This document shows positions 12,945-32,094 of a stretch of 64,000 bases of DNA, piece by piece. Numbering within the stretch: the stretch's first letter is position 1; the number at the start of each line of letters is the position of its first letter. The position numbers and the translations under genes are program-made. Where the stretch lies: the NCBI RefSeq assembly GCF_009914755.1, contig NC_060937.1; one strand, written 5' to 3'. Source of the DNA: the human T2T-CHM13v2.0 reference genome, Homo sapiens. The notes beneath the pieces were generated by a model, which saw only the letters and a program-made list of their open reading frames with translations, made no database searches and was not told where the DNA came from.

Positions 12945-12957
12945 CTCACATACACAC
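12882..12957. repeat. (CCA)n(CA)n compound microsatellite
   Basis: Read directly. Confidence 0.95.
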
Positions 12958-12979
12958 AATGTGACATGTCACATTCACA

Positions 12980-13178
12980 TGGCAACATGAATGAACTTTA
13001 AGAACATTACTCTAAGGAAATAAGCCAGACACAAAAAGAATATTAATGCATAATTGCCCTTATATGAGGTATCTAAAATAGCCACATTTAAAGGATCAAA
13101 GATTGGAATGGTGATTGCCAGTTACTGGGAGAAAAGAGAAATGAGGAGTTACTAATCAATGGGCATAAAGGTTCAGTA
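12980..13178 (+). repeat. Second copy of an L1MB 3' segment (local duplicate of ~12035-12234)
   Basis: Shares taattgcccttatatgaggtat, tcaaagattggaatggtgattgccag and taatcaatgggcataaag with the upstream copy. Confidence 0.8.
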
Positions 13179-13324
13179 CACACAACCATTCGATCTTTAC
13201 CCTCAAGCCTTCTGTTGCATCTGTGTTTTACAAAATCCACAGTATTACAGTCAGGAGATTATTTTTCTGTGATCTCTCTTGATACTACAACAATTATTTA
13301 TTGACATTCCTGATTGACTTGCTA

Positions 13325-13571
13325 TTATATATATATATCTCTCTATATATACACACACAATTGTGTATATATATACACAATTGTATATATACACACACAA
13401 TTGTGTATATATATACACAATTGTATATATATACACACATATATATACATATGTATTATATATAAATATATTTTATATATACATATATTATGTATACACA
13501 TATTTTATATATACATATATATTATATATACATATATTTTATATATACATATATTGTGTGTGTATATATAC

Positions 13572-13604
<33 letters not shown>

Positions 13605-13620
13605 CACACACACACAATTA
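13325..13620. repeat. (TA)/(CA)-rich tract with a 20-bp CAATTG-centred minisatellite
   Basis: CAATTG at 13358, 13378, 13398 and 13418, followed by degenerate (TA)n/(TG)n. Confidence 0.9.
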
Positions 13621-14752
13621 ATATAGTATGACTGAAAAATATCGTTTCCTGGAGATCCTAGAATTGTCAAGCCTGATAGTCAACAAGGTTACCTAGGCTT
13701 TTCCCTGAAACCAGTGATAATGTCGAAAGTTTTCTCTTTCTCTCAATTTGTATCCATCTAATAACGTTTTCTTAATGAGGTTATTGAACATAGACATTTA
13801 TAGATAACTTCAGAGTAAATGTGAGGAAACATTTATAAGGGAGAGCCTTTATAAGATTTGAGTGTTGGCATCCTCTCGGCTTTGTTTACTGCTATTTCCT
13901 TGGTAATATACAGAATACTTTTAATCTAAGAAAGATGAATAAATATTAACTACGAAAAAGAATTTGCAGAATTGTTGATTGTACGGCTACCTGCTCCTGA
14001 CTTTCTTTTTCCTTCAACTTATCCTCTTTCATGGTTGAAACACAGATGGCCTTAGATATTTATACATAAAGGGATACTGCATGTCTTTTAGCTTCATAAA
14101 TCTAATTCCTCCATTGAGTGGGAAGATCAAGTTCATTAGTGTTTAATTCTATTAATGAATTTATGTTTTTAAGTTTTATGCTCTGCCAACATATAGGTAA
14201 CTTATATTTATTAAATCAAGCAGAGATTGGCATGAGTTGTGTAAAATTACTAAAATGGGTACTGTAGAATCACAAAGAAGGGTGTAAGCCATGATGATTG
14301 GGCAGGTATCATGGTGAGATTTTAGTATGTTATGCTTCAAATTTCCCCCCACCAAATTATATCATGCAATAGCTTTTTCCATGTTTAATCCCTTTAACAC
14401 CCCCTACCACCACCTTTAACAATCAAACAAACCCTGAAACTGAGTTGAATATTTATCTGATTATTTCAGCTAAACATCCAACTCTGAGTTTTTATGGTCT
14501 CATCACAGATAAAGCATGTTCAATAGTTTACTCATATTTCATTTTTTTAATTATACTTTAAGTTCTAGGGTACAAGTGCACAATGTGCAGTTTGTTACAT
14601 ATTTATACATGTGCCATGTTGGTGTGCTGTACCCATTAACTCCTTGTTTACATTAGGTATAACTCCTAATGCTATCCCTCCTCCCTACCCCAACCCCACA
14701 ACAGGCCCCGGTGTGTGATGTTCCCCTTCCTGTATCCATGTGTTCTCATTGT

Positions 14753-18584
<3,832 letters not shown>

Positions 18585-18644
18585 TATGATGTTAGCTGGT
18601 TATTTTGCTCATTAGTTGCAGTTTCTTCCTAGCATTGATGGTCT

Positions 18645-19664
18645 TTACAATTTGGCATGTTTTCACAGTGGCTGGTACCAGTTGTTCCTTTCCATGTTTA
18701 GTGCTTCCTTCAGGAGCTCTTGTAAGGCAGGCCCAGTGGTGACAAAATCTCTCAGCATTTGTTTGTCTGTAAAGAATTTTATTTCTCCTTCACTTATGAA
18801 GCTTAGTTTGGCTGGTTATGAAATTCTGGGTTGAAAATTCTTTTCTTTAAGAATGTTGAATATTGGCCCCCACTCTTTTCTGGCTTGTAGAGTTTCTGCC
18901 GAGAGATCTGCTGTTAGTCTGAATTGCTTCCCTTCATTGGTGACCCGACCTTTCTCTCTGGCTGCCCTTAACATTTTTTCCTTCATTTCAACTTTGATGA
19001 ATCTGATAATTATTTGTCTTGGAGTTGCTCTTCTCGAGGAGTATCTTTGTGGCGTTCTCTGTATTTCCTGAATTTGAATGTTGGCCTGCCTCGCTAGGTT
19101 GGCGAAGTTCTCCTGGAAATCCTGAAGAGTGTTTTCCAACTTGGTTCCATTATCTCCGTCACTTTCAAGTACACCAGTCAGACGTAGATTTGGTCTTTTC
19201 ACATAGTCCCGTATTTCTTGGAGGCTTTATTTGTTTCTTTTTACTCTTTTTTCTCTAAACTTCTCTTCTCGCTTCATTTCATTCATTTGATCTTCAATCA
19301 CTGATACCCTTTCTTCTACTTGATCAAATTGGCTGCTGAAGCTCGTGCATGCATCATGTAGTTCTTGTGCCGTGGTTTTCAGCTCCATCAGGTCATTTAA
19401 GGACTTCTCTACACTGTTTATTCTAGTTAGCCATTCATCTCATCTTTTTTCAAGGTTTTTAGCTTTGCGATGGGTTCAAACATCCTCCTTTAGCTTGGAG
19501 AAGTTTGTTATTACCAATCGTCTGAAGCCGTCTTCTCTCAACTCATCAATGTCATTCTCCATCCAGCTTTATTCCGTTGCTGGTGAGGAGCTGCATTCTT
19601 TTGGAGGAGAAGAGGTGCTGTGATTTTTAGAATTTTCAGCTTTTCTGCCTGGGTTTCTCCCCAT
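18645..19664 (-). pseudogene. L1 ORF1p remnant, disrupted
   Basis: ATGGGGAGAAAC at 19664; fragment KRPNLRL..RATPRQIIIRF..REKG..ARKEW; frameshifted. Confidence 0.93.
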
Positions 19665-22501
19665 CTTTGTGGTTTTATCTACCTTTGGTCTTTGATGGTG
19701 ACGTACAGATGGGATTTTAGTGTAGATGTCCTTTCTGTTTGTTAGTTTTCCTTCTTACAGTCAGCACCCTCAGCTACAGGTCTGTTGGAGTTTGCTGGAG
19801 GTACACTGCAGACCCTGTTTGCCTGGATATCACCAGCAGAGGCTGCAGAACAGCAAATATTGCAGAATGACAAATGTTGCTGTCTGATCCTTCTTCTGGA
19901 AGCTTTGTCTCATAGGGGCACCCAGCTGTATGAGGTGTCAGTTGGCCCTTACTGGGAGGTGTCTCCCAGTTAGGCTACTTGGGGGTCAGGGACCCACTTG
20001 AGGAGGCAGTCTGTCCGTTCTCAGATCTCAAACTCCATGCTGGGAGAAGCACTACTCTCTTCAAAGCTGTCAGACAGGGATGTTTAAGTCTGCAGAAGTT
20101 TCTGCTGCCTTTTGTTCAGCTATGCCCTGCCTCCAGAGGTGGAGTCTACAGAGGCAGGCAGGCCTCCTTGAGCTGCGGTGGGCTCCACCCAGTTTGAGCT
20201 TCCTGGCCACTTTGTTTACCTACTCAAGCTTCAGAAATGGTGGATGACCCTCCCCCAGCCTCGCTGTCACCTTGCAGTTGGATCTCAGACTGCTGTGCTA
20301 GCAGTGAGTGAGCCTCCATGGCTGTGGGACCCTCTGAGACAAGCACAGGATATAATCTCCTGGTGTGCCATTTGCTAAGGCTGTTGGAAAAGCACAGTAT
20401 TAGTGTGGGAGTCTCCTGATTTTCCAGGTACCGTCTGTCATGGCTTCCCTTTGCTAGGAAAGGGAATTCCTGGATCCCTTGTGCTTTCTGGGTGAGGCCA
20501 TGCCCCACCCTGCTCCTTGGGCTGCACCCACTGTCTGACAAGCCCCAGTGAGATAAACCCAGTACCTCAGTTGGAAATGCAGAAATCACTCGTCTTCTGC
20601 GTTGCTCATGCTGGGAGCTACAGAGCTACAGACAGGAGCTCTTTCTATTCGGCAATCTTGGAACCTCTCCAGTATTTCATTTTGTGTAGAAATACTGATA
20701 GGTATACTGCATAGCTACCTTTTTTATTCCACATTATTGTTTACATTGTTTACCTCTATTCTGTAAAAATTCTTTAAGAGGAATATATTTAAGTAAGATT
20801 TTTAAATTCCTCTTTTAACAGTAGAACAAAAATCTTTGCTTTATCTCTAACAGCAGTTATTTTTCACTTGCTTTAACGTTTTATTCAACATTTTGAAGGT
20901 AGCTGAGCCCTTAGAATTAAATATTTTTACTTGTTTTCTCCCATGTTTTGTAAATAATCCACCATGAAATTTGAGTAACAATTTTTAACTAAACATATTT
21001 GACTTCTTTTCCTTACTTAATGCTAATGTCTACTTAGCAAAATGTCTACATACCAGCGTATCAGAGTATAGATTGAATCCACACTATGGTTTTACCTATA
21101 ATAGCCTCTGGATTTGTTCTTAAAATATACTTATTATTAGCTGCTTTTGTCTTAATCCTTGAGTTTGCAAAATCAATATGTGCCCATATTAACATAACAG
21201 GGCTTACATCAGTCAATGAAATTTGAATCTTTAATAGAACCTGCTTTATCTTCTATCTCTTACCAACCAACCCTTACACATAATATCAGAAAATACAATG
21301 AATAAATGTATAGGTGATAAATTCTTCCCCCTTTAAAACTCCTCTACAATGTTTTCTGAGAATTAGGAAGACTGTACAAGTTAAAAAGACAGTGCAATTG
21401 TGTATTCTTAAGAAGCTGTGTGAGTATGCATTTAGCAATTCTCTCAATAGCAATTTCCTAATCTGACCTTATCCATTTGTGATCTATTTTTATATTTAGA
21501 TATAATTTGAAAAATAAAAGTTCGCATCCTTGCTATAGAGATAAGCAAGTATTTTTTTGATGATGAAATAAACATAAGATTACGCTAGCAATTTCACTCA
21601 AAATTGACAGATGAGATGATATATGCTATATATGATATGTGATATAAGCAATACATGTGTACATACCTAATATTGCATATGAAAAACACTGGAATATGAT
21701 ATACTTTTGGGAAATTGTATGTTTTCTGCCGATACCAAATTTAAGTACCAGTGATGGATATCACACTTTTCTCTTGTTTTTCTTTATTAGAATATCAGTA
21801 TTCATTCCTTATTCATTTGTGTGTCATCGGCATTTACTGCACAGGCTTAACCTAAACATTAATAAAAAGAATCAATATTTATTAAACATTTTATAGAGTG
21901 TGGATCAAGTATCAACTCTGAAAATGATTTACTATATGTACAATTTAAGGAAACTACTTTATTTTTATATCAAACTTATTATCAAAAAGATAGCAATAAT
22001 AATAGAACCTCTATCAAACCGTTGTATGAGAATTTAGAGAAATGACCTAAGTGAATTAGTGAGCAGAGATTTTGGCATACAGAAATTCCTCAATATTACA
22101 CCGGCTATTCTGTACCAGACATAATACTAGGAACTTTAGGTTTACCATGTTATTTAACCCTACAACAATTCTCTGCAAGGTAAATAAACAAAGTAAATTT
22201 ATATCAAATAAGATATAGCGCCAGTAATTAACTTCAGAGAAGGCTGACCCAAAGCCTACACTGTAATATTTCTATTTCATCCTTGCTTAGTGTTTAACAG
22301 ATAAATGATTAAATATATATAGTCATAGGATTCCTTATGAAGAAAATCTAGAATCCATGTGTACCAACACCACACATTTATTTAATGTTCATTGCTTGTT
22401 AAGTAAAGAGATAAGTGAGGGAAATGCAATTATAATTCACTTTGGAAGGTTTGAGACATATATATACACACAACACACACACACGTCTTATATATATATA
22501 T

Positions 22502-22533
<32 letters not shown>

Positions 22534-25500
22534 TTTTAACAAAATTTTTTTGTATTTTTTACTCTAAAGGTTGACAAATGAAAGCAGCCTATAAATTAGA
22601 ATCCATACCCAACACTTTGATAAGCTTTTAATTACTTATTCAGGAAGTGCTACTATATAGAGTATCAGGTGAAGTAGAGATCTTGCTAGACTATGAAGAT
22701 ATAAATTGACTTAGTACGCTCTAGAAAATAAGTTAAAATAATACATGCATTGGAACGGAATGGGACATATCAGGCAGAAGTAAACCTAGCATGCTTGAAA
22801 TGAAAAGGCTAAGATTAATTTGGTTTAACAGATTCTTTATGTGGAAAGTAGTTGGAAAAATGTTAAGTCCAGACGATGATCATTTTGGACCAGGCTTTCA
22901 CTGTCAAAATAGGGAGATTATTTTATATACGATATGATAAACATAAAGGTTTTACAGAGTTACATGGCATCAAGAAAACTAGATATAGATAGACAGATCT
23001 GCAAAGATTAGGAATATTGGGAGGAAAAAAATTGGAGTCTGTAGGATCACTTAAGTAACTACTGGAAAAATAAAAGCGCTGTGATATACTGATACACACT
23101 TTATAGATAAAAGATTTGGTATGGGTTTTAGATAATCTTGCACTTAGTAAATTGATACCAAAAATATAGACATAAAAGTGAAAACTTAAAAAAGTTATTT
23201 CTTAACCCTAAGGTTGATTAAAATTATAATTGTTTATGTTAAGTATAAGGAAAAATTTAACATCATTTGAAAAACACATTTTCTTATTAAAGGTATATGC
23301 ATTATAAAACATTTTTCTAGTTTTTTATTAAAGTTTTCCAGAAATTCAAGGAATTCTGACCAATCTAAATAATCAGTGACTGATAGAAGGTTATTTATAT
23401 TTAGTTTATTCGCTAATCATTTTTATCTAGCATTTATTTGATTGGACAAACAAAAAGACTTCTGCTTCATCACCTCATGGCTACCTTCTTCCTTTTCAGT
23501 TTTGTAAAAAGCCATTTTAGCTAATTCAAGCAATTCATAAAACTGCGTTTTCCCTATGACAAGCAAATAATTCATCTGGGACTATGAATTATTTTTGCTT
23601 CTTCACTTTCTATAGAAAACTGTCCATCCCAATAATAAATACTAATAAAATGATACTAGCTAGTATTTTGTTTATTCCTCATTATGTACCAGGCATGTTT
23701 TAAGCACTTTACATATATCAATTAATTTACTCCTTCTAACAAATATAATGCATAGATAACAATTTTCCAAATTTCCACATGTGAAAATTGAATTACGGAG
23801 TCATTTCATTTTGTTTCCAGTGTGTCTGTTGCCAGCTCAACAGCTTAAATTTGGCCCTTCTGTACCAATGGGAGTCATGTTTCTTTAGATGGCAGGTTCA
23901 TAATTCCATTCTTTGACTCTGAGTTCACTGAAAACATCTAATTAGAAGAAGAATAAAGCTTTTTCTTTGACTATTAGGTTTATAGGCTGCTTTCATTTGT
24001 CAACCTTTAGAGTAAAAAGTAGAAAAAAATTTTGGTAAAAGTGTGAGAAAAAGAAGCTTCACAAGTAAAATCCAATTACAGGAAACAGTGTTTACTTTTG
24101 GTTTGCATTTTGCTATATATTTTGACATTCTATTTTAAAATGAGCATATATAAAATAGAGAGAATATTATAATTAACCCCCATATATCTGATTTGATAGG
24201 AAATTTAACATTTTGCCATATTTAATTAATTTTTTGCTGAAGTTTTATAATGCATAGCTCTGATATTATGGCATTTTACACCAAAATTCTTCATTTTGTC
24301 TCGGCAAGAGTACAGGTATATTCTTATACAATCAAAATATCATTATCAACTGTAACAAAATTAGCAACAGCAATTTAATAATCTCATCTAATATACAGCC
24401 CATCTTCAAGATTATTTTCTGATTTTCTTTCACATATATGAAAGTACTTTTTTATCATCACTATATTTTAATTAAAGTACACATAGGGCATTAGACATTA
24501 TGTCTCTTAAATCTTTTAATTTTGAATATCACCTATTTTTATGCCATTAACTGGCTTACTTGTCTTACAGAATTTCCTGCATTCTAACTTATCTTGTTGC
24601 CTTCTTATTGTTTAGCATGTTCCTCTGCCCCCTGTGTATACCATAAACTGAAAATTCATTTTCCATTTGTCATTGCAGAAAAAAAAGGAAAAAAATTGCA
24701 TATGGTTTACTTCATGTTTCAGCAGGTAGGTGTATAAAATGCCTGGTTGTCCCATGATTAGTGAAGTTAATTTTGTTAGTGGTTTCAGGTGGTAGAATAT
24801 GAGTCCTGGCTGGTAAAGATGCTTTTTCCCTATGACCAGCAAATCATCGGCAGGTGAAATTTGGCAAGCTCTGGGAGTTATTTTCTCATAAATATTTTAT
24901 GTAAGTTTTTTTTAAGTACTCATTTATGTTCTTTATGTTCTTTTCTTGAATCAATTATTTCTTTAGTGTTTGCTAAATGGTGACTGTACCGATTTTGCTT
25001 TTCCTTCTGCATTCATTAGTTCATAATATTCTACAAATAAAGACTTGCTCTAATCAGAAGATATGGCTTAAAAACCATAACCATGAAGGTAAATTAAGCA
25101 AGCAACTGCAAATATAAATATATGTAATAGTTACATATATATATATATACACACACATATATATATACACACACACATATATATAGACATTTCAGAGTAA
25201 AAAAAAAGACCTATTTAGCATTACTTACCATTTCCTCAACTTATTCCTTAAATGATCTAAATTTAGTGCATGTTCTTTGCATAATACCATTTGTGCATAT
25301 ATATGTACATAATCACAAGAAAATTCAAACGACTATATATTCATAAAAGTTATTAGGTGTACATATATATTTGCAAGTCAGGCAGAGTAAGTGTTGAGAC
25401 AAGAATGATCTGATTAATATTATTATAAGGATCCATCAAAATGCTTCATACCTTCAAATAATTATGTATTAAATTCACACTGTGATGAATTATCTCCAGG

Positions 25501-26321
25501 GAATATATTTATGATTTTAAGAGGCATCTGTTACAAATTAGAAAGGAAAAAATAACATTCTGAAGCCAGCTTTTTATCAAAATCATTTTGACAGCTCCAG
25601 GCTTCCTACAGATTGAATTCACCTGAAAGGCAACAAATAACGTTTATGTCAACTGTAAGGAAATAATCAGTGTGAGGCTTGGAATTGTTAGAAGGAAATA
25701 TCATTTTTGGTACATAATTTTATTATATCAAAGCATGCAAAACTTTCTTATACATAAGAAAAATTAAGATGTTATTGAAAGGTGGTAATATTAAAGATAT
25801 ATTTGTATAGTTGAGATATTACATTTTGTTTCACTCAAAGTTTTTTATCTTCAGTAAATTATGACTATCAAAAATCAATAGTTTTATTTTAAAAACATAT
25901 AATATTGGTTTGCCTTATATAAGTTTACCCCATTAATAAAGAATTATACATATCTTTACTTAAGACTTCAAATTTACTTTAAAAAATTATATAAAAATTG
26001 AGCCATTTATTTTATAAAATTGAACTATCAGACTTACAAATCTTTTAACTAACTATCTGACTTAAGAAAGAAAACCTAATCACTATTAACTAGACATTCA
26101 TTATCTAAAAAACAAAGTGTTACACATTCTACAAAAGTAAATACGCCAGGACAGTAAAAGTATTCAATTTATAAAAGATAGAGCGAATACGCATATACAT
26201 ACGACAAAAAAAAGTATGAACAATGCATATTATAATCCAAATATCTGGAAGATAAACAGAAACAAACTAAAGCAACATTTCTTATTGTTGGAGTGGAGTG
26301 GGTTATTAAGGATTAGCTTGA

Positions 26322-26666
<345 letters not shown>

Positions 26667-27505
26667 TCAATTAGTTTTTGATATATCAGTATAAGTTTAT
26701 GTTAAGATACATGCACATGGATACATTAAAAATATCTATAGATATGTGTATATACACAGGTTAGTAATACACATGTATATTTTCTTGTGTAGAAATCCTA
26801 GAAGGAATTACAGCCCAGGAGCATAGTACTTTTCTTTCTAATATCGTTCTCCAATGAACGGTACCAGGGCTTTTTAGATAAGTGGCTTATTTTAGCACAA
26901 TGACGAGGTATGTATGATATGAGCCTGGGGTATCTTTTAGTGCCAGAACGTAAGACAATATTAAAATTAAAAAGTCCAAAGGAACAAAGAAACCAGTGAA
27001 AGAGCTGAGGATGAGCAAGGCTGGAAAATTCAACAAAAAATAAACAGAGTGGTATTGGATTATAATAACTCAATGTAAACTTTATGAATCTACTGAAAAA
27101 AACTAAATATGAAAAAAACACAAATATCTTGTACCAAAGAATATTAAGTAATTGATGGCAGACAGCTCTTAATTTCCCACTCACTAAAAGTTTCCTGCAC
27201 ATATTAACTTCTTGCAGAGTACTGTATAGAAAGTGGGAGAGGAAAGAATAACTAAGTAAAGAGCTAATGAACTCAGGTAATCAAGATGAAAACTCATAGT
27301 GGTAAGTCTTGTTAGTCACGTTGATTGTGTGTACCATTAATGTGATTTGATGAGAAAGACATTTTACCTCTGTGGCCTTCTTCCCCAAATTACATAACCC
27401 CAGTTTAATCATTAGACAAGCATCAGGTTAATCTCATTTGAGTGAAATCTACAAAATACCTATCCAGTATTTTCTCCTCATTAAATTGAAAAATAATAAA
27501 AAATA

Positions 27506-27876
<371 letters not shown>

Positions 27877-28316
27877 CTAAATGTAATTTGGTATCATGAT
27901 TGGAATCATGGCACAGCAAAAACACATTATAAAATAAATAAATATGGCAGATAGTCAATGGGATACTATTGAAGCATGAAAAAAAAAATGAAATCCTGTG
28001 ATTTGAGACAGTGTGAATGAATGTGAAGGGTTATTAGGTTAAGTCAAAGAAGTCAGGCACACAAAGACAAGTACAGCATGATCTCATTCATTTGGCATCT
28101 TTGAAAAAGCTGATCTCATAGACTTACAGAGTAGAATAGTGGTTACAAGAGGCTGGGGGAGGGTAGAAGGAAAAAGAGGTTGAAGAGAGATTGGTCAATG
28201 ACTAGAAAATCGTAGGTAGATAGGAGAATAAGTTTTGATGTTCTATAGAATAGCAAGGTGACCATAGCTTAAAATATTGCATTGTGTACTTCCAAATAAC
28301 TGTAAGAGAGGACTTT

Positions 28317-29060
28317 ATTTATTTATTTATTTATTATTTTATTATTATTATACTTTCAGTTTTAGGGTACATGTGCACAACGTGCAGGTTTGTTACATAT
28401 GTATACATGTGCCATGTTGGTGTGCTGCACCCATTAACTTGTCATTTAGCAATAGGTATATCTCCTAAAGCTATCCCTCTCCCCTCCCCCAACCCCACAA
28501 CAGTCCCCAGAGTGTGATGTTCCCCTTCCTGTGTCCATGTGTTCTCATTGTTCAATTCCCACCTATGAGTGAGAACATGCGGTGTTTGGTTTTTTGTCCT
28601 TGCGATAGTTTGCTGAGAATGATGGTTTCCAGCTTCATCCATGTCCCTACAAAGGACATGAACTCATCATTTTTTATGGCTGCATAGTATTCCATGGTGT
28701 ATATGTGCCACATTTTCTTAATCCAGTCTATCATTGTTGGACATTTGGGTTGGTTCCAAGTCTTTGCTATTGTGAATGGTGCCACAATAAACATAGAGAA
28801 ATGCAAATCAAAACCCCAATGAGATACCATCTCACACCAGTTAGAATGGCAATCATTTAAAAAGTCAGGAAACAACAGGTGCTGGAGAGGATGTGGAGAA
28901 ATAGGAACACTTTTACACTGTTGGTGGGACTGTAAACTAGTTCAATCATTATGGAAGTCAGTGTGGCGATTCCTCAGGAATCTAGAACTAGAAATACCAT
29001 TTGACCCAGCCATCCCATTACTGGGTGTATACCCAAAGGATTATACATCATGCTGCTATA
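28317..29060 (-). mobile_element. Young L1PA2/3-like, 5'-truncated with 5' inversion
   Basis: Minus-strand tail, 3'UTR and ORF2 end to 28795; plus-strand ORF2 piece 28796-29060; TSD AAGAGAGGACTTT(A) at 28304 and 29061. Confidence 0.95.
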
Positions 29061-29061
29061 A

Positions 29062-29398
<337 letters not shown>

Positions 29399-30020
29399 AA
29401 AGAAATAATAAATATTTTAGGTGATGAGTATGCTGAATACTCTGATTTGATCATTCCACAATATATACATGCATCAAAACATCACACTGTATCCCACAAA
29501 TAGGTACAATGATTACGTGTTAAATAAAACACAATAGAACTACAAAAGGAAAGAAATAATGGCTTTAATGAATAGTAATATATCAATATTGGTTCATTAA
29601 TTGTGATAAATATACCATACTCATATAAATCCTTAATAACATGGGAAATTGAGTGTGGGATAATACCAACTCTCCATACTATCTTCATAAACTTTCTATG
29701 AATCTAAAACTATTCTGTAATTAAAAAGTATATTTTAAAAAGTTTATGGACTTAAATGTAATGTAGAGTACTTGTTTAGATCCTGAAAAAAAAAGAATAA
29801 GTAATATAGCTAATACTATACCTACTTTAATTTTATAATTTTGTCAAATGTGCTATGGTTATGTAAGTTGTTAACATTAGGGGAAGCATGGAAAAGACAC
29901 CTTTTTTTTTTACTACCATTAATTTTTTTTATTACTCTATAATTGTTTCAAAATAAAAAGTATATTAAGAAATATAAATTATCTTAAAAGTTATCCTTAT
30001 AAGTTCACAGTTTTTTAGAG

Positions 30021-30021
<1 letters not shown>

Positions 30022-30071
<50 letters not shown>
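30022..30071. repeat. (CA)n microsatellite inside the LIN28A-derived 3'UTR
   Basis: About 24 perfect CA units. Confidence 0.95.
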
Positions 30072-30075
<4 letters not shown>

Positions 30076-31291
30076 CCTGTTGTGTGTCGTAGGCCTAGCC
30101 TAATCCTGTGAAGAATGGACCTGGTATGTAAAACATGTCCTGTGTCCTAGAATTAGACAACCCTCACCTAACCTTGGCTTCTGCTCTGGCCCAGCCTCTC
30201 CTAACCTCTCTGCACCACCTTTTCCCGTTTAGACTAATTTCCAATCTTCCAGAAGGAAATGATCAAGTCATAGAGCAACCCAGTTAAAACTAAGTTTCCC
30301 ATGAAACATTTTCAAGGTGGAGAGGGTTTCAAGAGGACACTATGGCCAAAAAGTCAGCTCTCATTGGCAAAAATGATGTAGTTCAATAGGCTGTGCACTC
30401 CAAGTAGTTACTCTCCAAGGTAATAAAAACAACAAAAAGTATTCCTGGTGTGCAGACCTGGAGCTTCTGGTGTCTTATCCCTAAGATTGCTCATGTACCT
30501 GAGAATTCAGTGCAGGAATGAGGGCCTTAAATTGAAATATACAAAAATACAAAACTACAATGGTTATATTAAGGAAAAAAATTCAAATGAACAAGATACA
30601 TCATTTGCACACAGCTAGTGTACAGTTGGCATCCCGAAGAAAGTGAGACTCAAGGTGCAGTATCCAAGGGAGTGAATAAACAAAATCACATTGATCAGAA
30701 TGGGGTAGGGGTGGAGGTAGTCAATCATAGGAGCAGCAGATCTGCAGCTGTTTCCCAACCATCGCTTTCACCTTCATCACTATTCATTGTTTGGGACAGT
30801 TCCCAACACCCTATCCCAAGAGTGAGTATGAGGATACAAGATGTGAAAACAAAACAAAACACTGCTTTACTCCTAAGAGATTTTCTCCCGCATAACGTAG
30901 TGGCTTGGATACATAAATCTCGTCCTACACCCAATCCTTTCATTCTAGCATAGGAATTATTATTATACCTTCATGTAAAGGAAAATGACTTCCCTGTCCA
31001 GGCCATTTTCAAAAGCTGAGAATTCTGGGGATGGGGCCTCTGATAAAGCATAAAGGTTCTCCGCTGATTTCTTCCCAAAAGCGCTCACTGTATTTGGACA
31101 GAACATGGTTGGAGTTCCTTTGCTTCACGTGTTCCCCTGATCAAGGGGGAAGAAGAGGGGATGCTGTGAACCACAGCCCGAGATCCATGACAGTGACACC
31201 TAGCCCCAGTCCACCCTATTACCACTCTCTCCACTCTTCCTGCTGCTTGAAAATTCCTGGTAGCAAAAGAAGAGCCTCCACCCATAGTGGC

Positions 31292-32084
<793 letters not shown>

Positions 32085-32094
32085 AGTTTTAAGA

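Noticed and set aside
13341-13440. Regularly spaced palindromic repeats resembling a CRISPR array
   Set aside because: No unique spacers, primate DNA, no cas genes; it is a minisatellite.
13251-13631. Tyr/Ile/His-rich ORFs
   Set aside because: Translations of (TA)/(CA) low-complexity DNA.
20700-26300. Possible host exons or conserved elements in AT-rich unique-looking DNA
   Set aside because: Only MIR/L1M-like debris seen; no CpG island, ORF or splice pattern I can support without conservation data.
28552-28875. 107-aa chimeric ORF crossing the L1 inversion junction
   Set aside because: By-product of antisense L1 joined to the ORF2 C-terminus; non-ATG start and no expression evidence.
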